IMG/VR virus record: IMGVR_UViG_3300020048_003296
Location: 47,216 to 67,215 of that record
Length of the DNA stretch: 20,000 bases
Reading direction: 5' to 3' (one strand)
Source of the DNA: an uncultured virus (IMG/VR IMGVR_UViG_3300020048_003296)
Taxonomy: Duplodnaviria; Heunggongvirae; Uroviricota; Caudoviricetes
Shown here: piece by piece, positions 1 to 7,689 of the stretch
How positions within the stretch are numbered: position 1 is the first letter of the stretch
How the letters are laid out: each line of letters starts with the position of its first letter
Notes under the pieces: model-generated
What the model saw: only the letters and a program-made list of their open reading frames with translations
Told to the model about the DNA's origin: nothing
The model's database searches: none
Translations under genes and position numbers: made by a program

Positions 1-399
1 CTATGACTTCTTCCGCTTGGCCGTCCTCACGTTTTTTGTTTTTGCTTCACCCGTATTGTATGCTTGTGATAAAGCACCCTGTATCGCTTGCGTAAATGCC
101 GTGACTTGCGCGCCATTACAATTTTCTTTAAACCATTCCGCATCCATCTCAGAATATTTACGGGCGCAAAAACAACCGCATATTTCAACGGCTATTTTAT
201 ACGCATCTTCCGCTTCTTTTCCGCCCTCAGATAATATTGCTATTTTTTCTTCACTAGATGATAATGAATAAAGTTTTTTCATTAATGCATCTATCTCAAA
301 AGTAATGCCACTGGGAAGAAATGATACATCAATATCATTCCCTCCCAATCGGACGATTTTTGCCTCAGGCTTTAAAATGTCAAGATCAATTACTTTCAT
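1..399 (-). CDS. Tail assembly chaperone (gpG-like), probably with a -1 frameshifted gpGT extension running off the window
   Basis: 132 aa, directly downstream of the tail tube gene; in-phase slippery heptamer A AAA AAC near its 3' end. Confidence 0.7.
   Translation of the reverse strand: MKVIDLDILKPEAKIVRLGGNDIDVSFLPSGITFEIDALMKKLYSLSSSEEKIAILSEGGKEAEDAYKIAVEICGCFCARKYSEMDAEWFKENCNGAQVTAFTQAIQGALSQAYNTGEAKTKNVRTAKRKKS
31..37 (-). other. Programmed -1 ribosomal frameshift slippery site A AAA AAC
   Basis: Codons ACA AAA AAC give an X XXY YYZ heptamer in the correct phase; the -1 frame (KKREDGQAEEVI...) has no stop before the window edge. Confidence 0.65.
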
Positions 400-942
400 T
401 TACCCCACCGTTTTGGTAAAAATAGTTCCGGCTGTTGCGTACTGCTTTGCCAGAAGGTTAAAAGAATACACGTTCACGGGATCGGCGTCATTATCCGATT
501 TTGGATTCATCGTATAACCGCCATCCATAAATACGTTGGGCAAAACATACGTGGTTGTCTGCGTGGAACCACTTGCGAGTTTGCGGGTATTAATCAATTT
601 GATTGCTTTACCCAACTGCACGCTGGTCTGCCCGCCCACGGTCAATGAACCTGAAGTTCCAGTTATTACGCCACCGGAAAGTGCCGAGAAACTCGAACCA
701 TCATATTCCATCAAATCTATTCCGATGGTTGCGGTTTCTTTTGATACCCCTTGAATTGGGTCCACCGAGTTGCCCGATTGGGAAGTATAACTTTCTGCAA
801 CATACGCAAAAGATTTTACCATTCCCGCGCCAAGATTTACTACAATTGCCGCCGCAGATGCGCCCAATGCACCCACGTACATTGCGAAGTTTCCGACTTC
901 GATTTTTGCATCCGCTACCGTACCATTCTGATAATACGCCAT
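400..942 (-). CDS. Major tail (tube) protein
   Basis: 180 aa, beta-rich and Gly/Thr-rich; lies between the tail terminator and the chaperone; AAGGAG RBS. Confidence 0.65.
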   Translation of the reverse strand: MAYYQNGTVADAKIEVGNFAMYVGALGASAAAIVVNLGAGMVKSFAYVAESYTSQSGNSVDPIQGVSKETATIGIDLMEYDGSSFSALSGGVITGTSGSLTVGGQTSVQLGKAIKLINTRKLASGSTQTTTYVLPNVFMDGGYTMNPKSDNDADPVNVYSFNLLAKQYATAGTIFTKTVG

Positions 943-954
943 ATCTTTCTCCTT

Positions 955-1371
955 TTAAGAAACTGTACCTGTTGGATACACCAATAAAATATCTATCGGT
1001 GCGTTATATATACCTTCCGCTGTTTCTGGAATCAAACCTTGCGCCTGTTTTAAACTACATCGTGTTACCGCGAAAGCGCCTGCTTCTCCATACGCGCCCG
1101 TACCAGATGTCCCATGAAATAAATCTATAACCTTTCTTGCCAAATTCAATGCTACCTCCGCCGTGGTGGCCCTACAATTTATACTAAATGAAGCACGCTC
1201 AATCCCATACTGTCTAACCGTTCCAGGCATTTCAAAATAATTAATGCATGGTGTCAATACTGTACCTGTGGTTCCAGTTGGTCTTGTTCCGTTATATATT
1301 CGAGCACTTACAATTGCGGTAATCGCAGTTGTTTGAGCCATTGAATATCCGATTGCCTGACTAGGTGACAT
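955..1371 (-). CDS. Tail terminator/completion protein (DUF3168 / SPP1 gp17-like)
   Basis: 138 aa; 'IVSARIY...P.I.Y...SINCRA' pattern and canonical position after the HK97 gp10-like gene. Confidence 0.65.
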   Translation of the reverse strand: MSPSQAIGYSMAQTTAITAIVSARIYNGTRPTGTTGTVLTPCINYFEMPGTVRQYGIERASFSINCRATTAEVALNLARKVIDLFHGTSGTGAYGEAGAFAVTRCSLKQAQGLIPETAEGIYNAPIDILLVYPTGTVS

Positions 1372-1857
1372 TTATATAGCCTCCGGTCTGCGCAAATAAT
1401 CCCCAAAATAAAACTTTCCATTTTCTTTCAGCAATGTTATTATTTTACCCTTTGCTAAATCCAATGCAGGACGCAGAAAAGGTTGGGCATCAGATTTAAT
1501 AGTTCCAAATTCTACGTGTGGTCCATATTCAACCGCCGTACCAACTAATACTTCATTAGGATCATTTGGCGCGTCTATCTTTTTAAAATTATCTGGCATT
1601 GAATTATAAAATGCCGATTGAGCATTTCCTTTTATTGTTTTTCCAGGATTGGGTTTTACTGTCGATATTTCCGTGCTTTGAGAAACACTGGCAACGGTAA
1701 TACTTGCGGCAAGATATCCCATATCAATTGGGCATAATAGTTTTGCTTGCCCTTCAACGATCAAACCCAATTCCCATGCGGTTTTTCCTGTTGCTTTGTG
1801 ACCTTGTATTTTTACTGCTTCGCCGTTCCATTGGGTTTCTACAGTTGACTTTATCAT
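1372..1857 (-). CDS. HK97 gp10-like neck/tail-completion protein
   Basis: Motifs AKLLCPIDMGYLAASI and EYGPHVEFGT...AQPFLRPA. Confidence 0.85.
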   Translation of the reverse strand: MIKSTVETQWNGEAVKIQGHKATGKTAWELGLIVEGQAKLLCPIDMGYLAASITVASVSQSTEISTVKPNPGKTIKGNAQSAFYNSMPDNFKKIDAPNDPNEVLVGTAVEYGPHVEFGTIKSDAQPFLRPALDLAKGKIITLLKENGKFYFGDYLRRPEAI

Positions 1858-2317
1858 TGTAGACGCTCCAATCCTGTTATAAGTATTTCACCTTTAAACG
1901 CCACATCATCCGATGGCCCAGTGATTTTATACGTTACCGCATTATAAATAACTTCTTTGTCATTTACAGTAAAGGAATAATCACTTGGGNNNNNNNNNNT
2001 TCTGTGCTTTGTGAAATACTCGCAACCGTTATACTCGCCGCCAAATAACCATAATCAATTGGGCATAAAAGTTTTGCCTGTCCTTCAACAATCAAACCTA
2101 ATTCCCATGCAGTTTTTCCCGTTACTTTGTGGCCCTGTATTTTTGCTTTTTCGCCATTCCAAATCAGGTTGACGTCCGTTCTCATTGTAGACGCTCCAAT
2201 CCTGTTATAAGTATTTCACCTTTAAATGCAACGTCATCCGAAGGGCCAGTTATTTTATACGTTACCGCATTATAAATAACTTCTTTGTCATTTACAGTAA
2301 ATGTATAATCACTTGGA
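1669..2317. repeat. Diverged ~320-bp direct duplication (1669-1989 vs 2000-2317) flanking an N gap; likely two strain variants joined by scaffolding
   Basis: Both copies carry the 3' end of the head-closure gene and the 5' end of the gp10-like gene; many synonymous changes and one codon indel; 10 N at 1990-1999 lie exactly between them. Confidence 0.85.
2000..2185 (-). CDS. Second, partial allele of the HK97 gp10-like gene, truncated at the N gap
   Basis: MRTDVNLIWNGEKAKIQGHKVTGKTAWELGLIVEGQAKLLCPIDYGYLAASITVASISQSTE aligns with the N-terminus of 1372..1857. Confidence 0.7.
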
Positions 2318-2514
2318 ATGGTTACTAGTACGTGCGTGCTTGCGCGAAACATTCTGTCTGAAATATATCTTTGCGATTGCCCCGGACTCCATATAGAAGC
2401 ATTATGCGCGAGCGTAGAAACGGTCGTGGCTACAGTCGTTCCACCCATACCATCGTTGGTTTCTGTTTTGCGAACTATTTGTATGCCTTTTAAATCGAGC
2501 ATATCGCGTAACAT
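2182..2514 (-). CDS. Head closure / head-tail joining protein (SPP1 gp16-like)
   Basis: 110 aa with the 'DGMGG' motif, 'THV' and 'YKIT' strands; follows the connector gene. Confidence 0.8.
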   Translation of the reverse strand: MLRDMLDLKGIQIVRKTETNDGMGGTTVATTVSTLAHNASIWSPGQSQRYISDRMFRASTHVLVTIPSDYTFTVNDKEVIYNAVTYKITGPSDDVAFKGEILITGLERLQ

Positions 2515-3101
2515 TAAAATAACCTCGCAATCCGGTAATCTGTTAATTCTTCAACCAGCTTGCGCGGGTATCCCCATTCGTCCTCTTTTCCATCGGTAAA
2601 TGTTTCACTGAATGGACCAAGTGAATGTGATTTTACATTCGCACTGATGGAATCGCGCACATCATAATCATACGCAACCATTTTTGCCGCTACAATCTGA
2701 ACTGGTAACGGCCATTGTACCAAAGCAAATGTTATAAACTTTCCTGAACTGTTTGTAAATGTTTCATTAATAACGGAACCAGAACTTGTTATAAATAATT
2801 CGGTATTACTTATGGATGCAATTGTCTGGACGCCATCGTTGCGCACGCTTCCATATATTAATATATCATCGCCTGCTTGAAATCCGTAATCTTCCCATTT
2901 TTCCGCGCTCAATAAAATAGAACCCGTGCTTGCGGTAAATGTTGCCGTAGTTTGCAGTGCTACGTCATCTTGTACAAAATAATTATTTAACATCATACAA
3001 ATTCGGGACTGTACTTTTTTTATAAGCCCGCTTGCAATAATAGTAGCGGAAGATGCGGTTATATTGGAATATTGCGTGCATTGCGTTCCGCTGATTATCA
3101 T
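2514..3101 (-). CDS. Head-tail connector/adaptor (SPP1 gp15-like) with an inserted beta domain
   Basis: 'MLNNYF' N-terminal part, 'WPLPVQIVAAKMVAY' and 'VKSHSLGPFSETF...YP...LTDYR' C-terminal part; synteny. Confidence 0.75.
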   Translation of the reverse strand: MIISGTQCTQYSNITASSATIIASGLIKKVQSRICMMLNNYFVQDDVALQTTATFTASTGSILLSAEKWEDYGFQAGDDILIYGSVRNDGVQTIASISNTELFITSSGSVINETFTNSSGKFITFALVQWPLPVQIVAAKMVAYDYDVRDSISANVKSHSLGPFSETFTDGKEDEWGYPRKLVEELTDYRIARLF

Positions 3102-3102
3102 A

Positions 3103-3639
3103 TTACACTTCCCTGTAATAGTAAGTTAATTTAAAATTAACGCGGGTTGCCGCATTATCTGCAACAAATCGCATTAAATATGTAGCGCCGCCTTTTAAAA
3201 GCCATTCATTTCTTTGGGTTGCGCTTCCACCAACTGTCGATTGATTTGTGCTTACACCAGTACTCAAAATCGTTTCCAATACCGTTCCTGAACTCGTATA
3301 TGTCACGGTATGCGCGAGCACCACGGGATCGGGTTTATCAATTGCCATATCTCTATAATTATTTGCCGATACGAGCGTGGTGCCGCCCGATGCATTTGGA
3401 TTTTCGCTAAAAGTAAATACACCGGTATTATTTGCGGTAACACCAGCAATAAAATGAATATAACGTCCTGAACCTGCCGCAGGCGGTGTTATCAATACAG
3501 TTACTGCCGTTCCAGTTCCCACCGATACATAATGATCTGCAGTATAATGTTGCCCATCATGAATAATACTATGAACTGGGTCCATCGTTTTCGATAAACC
3601 AGTAAGTAAATCTTGTGGATAAAATAATGAACTGGGCAT
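3103..3639 (-). CDS. Putative virion structural protein, Ser/Thr-rich and beta-rich
   Basis: 178 aa, strong AAGGAGG RBS, lies between capsid-associated genes and the connector. Confidence 0.5.
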   Translation of the reverse strand: MPSSLFYPQDLLTGLSKTMDPVHSIIHDGQHYTADHYVSVGTGTAVTVLITPPAAGSGRYIHFIAGVTANNTGVFTFSENPNASGGTTLVSANNYRDMAIDKPDPVVLAHTVTYTSSGTVLETILSTGVSTNQSTVGGSATQRNEWLLKGGATYLMRFVADNAATRVNFKLTYYYREV

Positions 3640-3659
3640 TTTCTACCTCCTTATTATTA

Positions 3660-3698
3660 TATAACAGTGGGCGTTTTTATTTCACACCCACTGTTATA
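3660..3698 (-). other. Strong intergenic hairpin after the capsid/decoration genes
   Basis: Perfect 12-bp inverted repeat TATAACAGTGGG (3660-3671) / CCCACTGTTATA (3687-3698), extendable to 15 bp with a G-U pair on the minus strand; no U-tract follows on the coding strand. Confidence 0.6.
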
Positions 3699-3704
3699 AT
3701 TACT

Positions 3705-4109
3705 TTACGGAAGCATGTACGCACTTACGTACACAGTGCCCGCCGTGGTTACGGTGAATACTGCTTTGCCCTTATAGGTGGAATCGTTCTGAAGGAACCG
3801 TGCCGATTCAAAACTCTTGCCTCCGAATGCCGCAATGGTATACAATGCGGAAGTACCGGTTGCAATCGTGAGAGCCGTGCCCGCGCCCTGGGATACCTCG
3901 CTATAATCATCCCCCACATTCAACGTGATTACGCACGATGCCGTACTGGAATAATTCTCAAATACTACAACCAATTTGCTCAGATCAAGGGCACTCTGTG
4001 CAGTGGTTGCCGCGATTATGATAGTTTCCGAAGTTCCGCCGGTATCCACGCGAGTTAGGGACGCGCCAGTGATAAGCGGGGTAACTGGATTAATCGTTTT
4101 ACTTCCCAT
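3705..4109 (-). CDS. Putative capsid decoration/cement protein
   Basis: 134 aa, Thr/Ala/Ser-rich beta protein immediately after the major capsid gene; shares its GC-richer composition; good RBS. Confidence 0.5.
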   Translation of the reverse strand: MGSKTINPVTPLITGASLTRVDTGGTSETIIIAATTAQSALDLSKLVVVFENYSSTASCVITLNVGDDYSEVSQGAGTALTIATGTSALYTIAAFGGKSFESARFLQNDSTYKGKAVFTVTTAGTVYVSAYMLP

Positions 4110-4134
4110 ATCATTTCTCCTTTCTTAAGAAATA

Positions 4135-5001
4135 TTAACCTGCAACCTCGGTAAGGTGCAGACAGCCAAGTGCATCAGGACGAGCGACTTTCGCGCCGTA
4201 CACATAAAGACCCTTGACGCCTTCGCCGAAAGAATCCTGCAACTCGACCGCTTTGATTTTGGCTACCTGGCCGGCATACGAAATCGCGGAAGTGTTGCCG
4301 CACATAATGGCGGAAACGGACGATGCAGATGCCTGAACATTATTGGACACAAGGAAATTAAATCCCAATGCCTGGCCAACAAAGCCGGACGTCAGTGCGC
4401 CGTTATCAAAAGTTTTCGGTACTGCGGTCGCGCTGATACCACCGATTTCGGCAAGCAACATTTTCTGATGCAACCAAGGGGTTACGACCATGAAACGATT
4501 TGCCTGCGGAACATTCTTCTCGGACAAATAACGTCCTGCAAAAGAAAGGGTAAGAATCACGTTGCCAGACGATACGCTGATGGGGGACGCGCTGGATCCC
4601 ATGTACGTGGTATTGGTAACGCCTGCCTGCGCATACAAGCTGAGCAAATACTGGTCAATGGTATCGGCAATCGAGTACGATGCCTCGTCCATTGCGGCAT
4701 TCATCAATTTGGGATTGACCTGCGCGGTGTCGATATCATCCATTTTAAAACTGAATGATTTTGCCTGATCGATGATGAGTTCTTTCTGTGCGGAAGTGAG
4801 TTCGGCCCAAGTGAGCGTCCCGTATTTCGCATAGTCAGAAATGGTGATCGGTCCGATTTCATTTATCTTGACCCTATCGCCATAATTTCTAATTTCGCCT
4901 TCATAATCGTTATTCACGATAGAAGCGGCCACCAACTGTTTTCTGAGTCGCACAAAAAGTTTGGCGCTCCAAATCGTTGGGATAAAACTTGCTACACCCA
5001 T
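4135..5001 (-). CDS. Major capsid protein (HK97 fold, P22-coat-like family)
   Basis: FIPTIWSAKL...NNDYEGEI...GDRVKI...IDQAKSF...DDID...KGLYVYGAKVARPDAL; follows the scaffold gene. Confidence 0.9.
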   Translation of the reverse strand: MGVASFIPTIWSAKLFVRLRKQLVAASIVNNDYEGEIRNYGDRVKINEIGPITISDYAKYGTLTWAELTSAQKELIIDQAKSFSFKMDDIDTAQVNPKLMNAAMDEASYSIADTIDQYLLSLYAQAGVTNTTYMGSSASPISVSSGNVILTLSFAGRYLSEKNVPQANRFMVVTPWLHQKMLLAEIGGISATAVPKTFDNGALTSGFVGQALGFNFLVSNNVQASASSVSAIMCGNTSAISYAGQVAKIKAVELQDSFGEGVKGLYVYGAKVARPDALGCLHLTEVAG

Positions 5002-5013
5002 GTTCTTCTCCTT

Positions 5014-5658
5014 TTATTCTACGATTGCAGAATCAAGAGCGCCTTCCATTTCAAGCTTTATAAGTTCAGCCTGCGATAGTGTGGTCAAATCTTGTTTCTG
5101 CCCATTCGTTTTCTTTTCATTACCCTGTCCGGGTTTATAGCCCGAGGCGAGTAATTCATTTGTAACTTTCAATGAAACATCTTTATCATGCTTTGCTATA
5201 TTTTGAAGAAAAAGTTTTCCGACCTCGATGCTGGGAGGCACATAATCCTCGATAAAGAAAGGATTGACGCCCATTTTCACTGCTTCCTCAACCAACTGCC
5301 GTTTCAAATTGTCACGCGCCCGCTCTGCCTTTTCATTTTCAAGATTTTCTTTCATTTCGCGCAAATCTTTTTGCCATGGTTCTTCTTGAGGATTAAGCTT
5401 CAATACTTCCACGGCCAGGCGCTTCTTGATTTCGTTCTCCAAAATGTCTGCGTGTGCTTTATCGCGTGTCTTCACTGCTTTGGTAACGGCCTGGTCAATG
5501 CGCGGGTTAAGAATTGTTTTGCCTTCTTCAGTTCCCAAAAATGTTTCAACTTCGGCGGAAGTCAATTCATGTTCAGGACTCAGTTCAGCAAGAAACGCCT
5601 TAACTTCGGCATCGTCTTTATTGGCTGCTAGGAATGCTTTGATTTCTTCGATGGTCAT
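5014..5658 (-). CDS. Capsid scaffolding protein (DUF4355-like)
   Basis: 214 aa, charged and helical, 'RIDQAVTKAVKT', flexible C-terminal tail; directly upstream of the capsid gene. Confidence 0.75.
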   Translation of the reverse strand: MTIEEIKAFLAANKDDAEVKAFLAELSPEHELTSAEVETFLGTEEGKTILNPRIDQAVTKAVKTRDKAHADILENEIKKRLAVEVLKLNPQEEPWQKDLREMKENLENEKAERARDNLKRQLVEEAVKMGVNPFFIEDYVPPSIEVGKLFLQNIAKHDKDVSLKVTNELLASGYKPGQGNEKKTNGQKQDLTTLSQAELIKLEMEGALDSAIVE

Positions 5659-5921
5659 TTTCTTTTCTCCTTGCCCTTAGAAGTTTTGCTTGGTGCAACT
5701 GCCTTCAAGTGCTTATTCGATTTAGGCGGGCGTCCTCGTCCGCGTTTTGTTTCAATAACTGCAACTTTATTTTTAATTACTTTCTTTTCCGTTGCGGGTA
5801 TTGCCATTTGTTTAGATTCCTTAACGGGCTTGGGTTCCTGGGGTGTTGCGGGAAATGCGTTGGCAAGTGATTCTTGTCTCCGCGCCCGTGCTTCCAGTTT
5901 CCGTTGCCTTTCCTTATTCAC
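5655..5921 (-). CDS. Small basic protein with AT-hook-like motif KRGRGRPPK
   Basis: 88 aa, GTG start with AAGGAGG RBS; stop overlaps the scaffold start (ATGA). Confidence 0.65.
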   Translation of the reverse strand: MNKERQRKLEARARRQESLANAFPATPQEPKPVKESKQMAIPATEKKVIKNKVAVIETKRGRGRPPKSNKHLKAVAPSKTSKGKEKRK

Positions 5922-5948
5922 TTTTATTCCTCCTTATGGAATACAAAT

Positions 5949-6009
5949 AAAAAAGAGCGCCCGCCGCGTGTAATAATTAATTAAAATTACTGCAAACAGC
6001 TGACGCTCT
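5949..6009 (-). terminator. Intrinsic-terminator-like hairpin in the leader of the scaffold/capsid operon
   Basis: Minus strand AGAGCGTC (6009-6002) pairs with GGCGCTCT (5961-5954), inner pairings GCTGT/GCGGC and GTAAT/ATTAC, followed by TTTTTATTT. Confidence 0.55.
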
Positions 6010-6023
6010 CCAGATTACTGGTC
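6008..6023 (-). promoter_or_regulatory. Small hairpin GACCAG-TAAT-CTGGAG abutting the terminator stem (candidate protein-binding/antitermination site)
   Basis: CCAG/CTGG stem with a 4-nt loop at 6021-6010, directly 5' of the terminator arm. Confidence 0.4.
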
Positions 6024-6045
6024 GAACTTCTTTGTCTATAATACG

Positions 6046-6074
6046 ATTATATAACATTTATGCTAAAATGTATA
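6046..6074 (-). promoter_or_regulatory. Candidate sigma70-type promoter for the capsid operon leader
   Basis: TATAAT at 6051-6046 and TATACA (4/6 match to TTGACA) 17 bp upstream at 6074-6069. Confidence 0.35.
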
Positions 6075-6081
6075 CAGACCA

Positions 6082-6158
6082 TCTACAATCGACGCAAAAC
6101 GGGTCCAACGTGATTTTATACGTTTTCTTGTTTAAAACCTCGTGTAGAGCCAGGAAAC
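6082..6158 (+). repeat. Dispersed non-coding element, copy A (inverted relative to 19154-19230)
   Basis: 58/77 ungapped identities to the reverse complement of 19154-19230 by manual alignment. Confidence 0.85.
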
Positions 6159-6163
6159 GCGCT

Positions 6164-6358
6164 TTAAACGGGTTTTACAGCGCCTGAAATCGGCATTAAT
6201 GCGTAATGTTCCGTATCCATTGACGTTTTGCGTACATCGACAACCTGGCCTCGACAAATAGTGAAACTTATTGCCACTTCACCGTATTCTTTCTTTTCCA
6301 ATTCTTTTCTTAACCAACCAATATATGTTTCTATTGCCGTGCCCGTTGTACTTATCAT
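6164..6358 (-). CDS. Small protein, DUF2292/YezD-like
   Basis: 64 aa; LEKKEYGEVAISFTICRGQVVDVRKT resembles the 'YGxVxIxxxxGxVVxI' pattern of that family. Confidence 0.5.
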   Translation of the reverse strand: MISTTGTAIETYIGWLRKELEKKEYGEVAISFTICRGQVVDVRKTSMDTEHYALMPISGAVKPV

Positions 6359-6540
6359 TTAATAACCCTTTTTTCTTGTGCCATTTGTAAGCATACTATA
6401 AAATCTTCAATATCGCCGACTGTGTTATGCTCGACAAATAATTCTGCCATTCCCATCCATGACCAAATATCTTTTTCAAACAAATTAATCATTATGGATG
6501 CGACTTCTTTTGGCATGTTTGCTTCTTTTACTTCTTTCAT
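6355..6540 (-). CDS. Hypothetical protein
   Basis: 61 aa, AAGGAG RBS, ATGA overlap with the next gene. Confidence 0.55.
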   Translation of the reverse strand: MKEVKEANMPKEVASIMINLFEKDIWSWMGMAELFVEHNTVGDIEDFIVCLQMAQEKRVIK

Positions 6541-6555
6541 TCAAATACTCCTTTT

Positions 6556-6801
6556 CTATAGGTATGGGTTTTTATCATCATTATTGGATCCCTTCCTTTT
6601 CCTTTTACCGTAGCCACCAAATGTTCCGCTTCTTTTTGGTTTTGCTGCTCGACTTCCTGCCTTTATACTTGGTCGTGCCTTTTCCATCTCACGAAATTTT
6701 TTTATTTTTTCTTCCATGGATAAAGGTGATTTTTTACTACTTGTGGTTTTGCTTTTCCCACCGCTACTTCCCTTTTTCCTGCCTGATCCAGGTCCACCCA
6801 T
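6556..6801 (-). CDS. Basic microprotein with MGGPGSGR leader (copy 4)
   Basis: 81 aa, 24 Lys+Arg; GGAGG RBS overlapping the upstream stop codon. Confidence 0.75.
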   Translation of the reverse strand: MGGPGSGRKKGSSGGKSKTTSSKKSPLSMEEKIKKFREMEKARPSIKAGSRAAKPKRSGTFGGYGKRKRKGSNNDDKNPYL

Positions 6802-6810
6802 ATTATCCTC

Positions 6811-7683
6811 CTATGACTGCTTCAATGCGTAGACAATACTGCCTACTTTTATTCTAATTGACCCGGCATGGTCATTTGTCGCCGGTGCCAATGGAATTCC
6901 TAAATACCCACCTGCATATTTTATTCTTAAATCGCTAGTGCTTGGCGTTATATGCGCCCCCAATATCGCACCATTATATAAATTAATAACATAAATAAGA
7001 TTATCCGCACTGTATGAGCATGTGGCATCTCCAGCGAAATCTATTTGCCCGCTTCCATCGTATGAAATAGAAATTGTATTGGTACCTGAACCGCTAAACT
7101 CTATTCCGCCAGAGCCGTTGCATGATAATGAAACAAAAGTATTACCTGATCCTGCAAATGCTATTGAACCTGAACCATTATAAATATAATTCTTGCTTGC
7201 AATGGCGCTTCCACTAAATGCGATGCTTCCTGATCCATTATAGGAATATGAATTGATTCCGCTTGAGCATGTTGCACTTCCGCCAAATATTATTCCGCCT
7301 GAACCAGTGTATATATAATTTTTACTTGCGATTGCAGAACCAGCAAAGTTTATCCCGCCCGAGCCCGTGTATAAATAACCTTTTATTACATTGGCAGAAC
7401 CGGCAAACGCTACACTACCGCTTCCGCCATATATATAATTTTTACTTGCTACCGCGCTTCCTGCAAATGTTATACTTCCTGAACCTGTATAACTAAATCC
7501 TGTAACGGCATAAGAACAAACCGCTTCACCGGCAAAGGTAATTGAACCTGAGCCGGTATATGAATATGTTGCAGTTCCAGCGGCATCGAAAAATACGCCC
7601 TGCAAAAAGGTACTCGCATAGTAACCGTCAGGGTTAATATATTGAGAATCAAAAACCCTTCCAGTTCTATTGCTTTCGCTCAT
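6811..7683 (-). CDS. Repeat-containing putative fibre/appendage protein
   Basis: 290 aa with nine 20-23-aa repeats of consensus YxYxGSGxIxFxGSA. Confidence 0.6.
   Translation of the reverse strand: MSESNRTGRVFDSQYINPDGYYASTFLQGVFFDAAGTATYSYTGSGSITFAGEAVCSYAVTGFSYTGSGSITFAGSAVASKNYIYGGSGSVAFAGSANVIKGYLYTGSGGINFAGSAIASKNYIYTGSGGIIFGGSATCSSGINSYSYNGSGSIAFSGSAIASKNYIYNGSGSIAFAGSGNTFVSLSCNGSGGIEFSGSGTNTISISYDGSGQIDFAGDATCSYSADNLIYVINLYNGAILGAHITPSTSDLRIKYAGGYLGIPLAPATNDHAGSIRIKVGSIVYALKQS
7000..7566 (-). repeat. Nine degenerate in-frame tandem repeats (60-69 bp unit)
   Basis: Units such as FSYTGSGSITFAGSAVASKN, YLYTGSGGINFAGSAIASKN and YSYNGSGSIAFSGSAIASKN. Confidence 0.85.
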
Positions 7684-7689
7684 TGCTTT

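Noticed and set aside
1669..2317. Diversity-generating retroelement TR/VR pair or true gene duplication
   Set aside because: Differences are largely synonymous and not adenine-specific, the copies abut an N gap, and no reverse transcriptase is in the window.
7000..7566. CRISPR array or non-coding tandem repeat
   Set aside because: Repeats are in-frame, degenerate at third positions, and lack a constant repeat/unique spacer structure.
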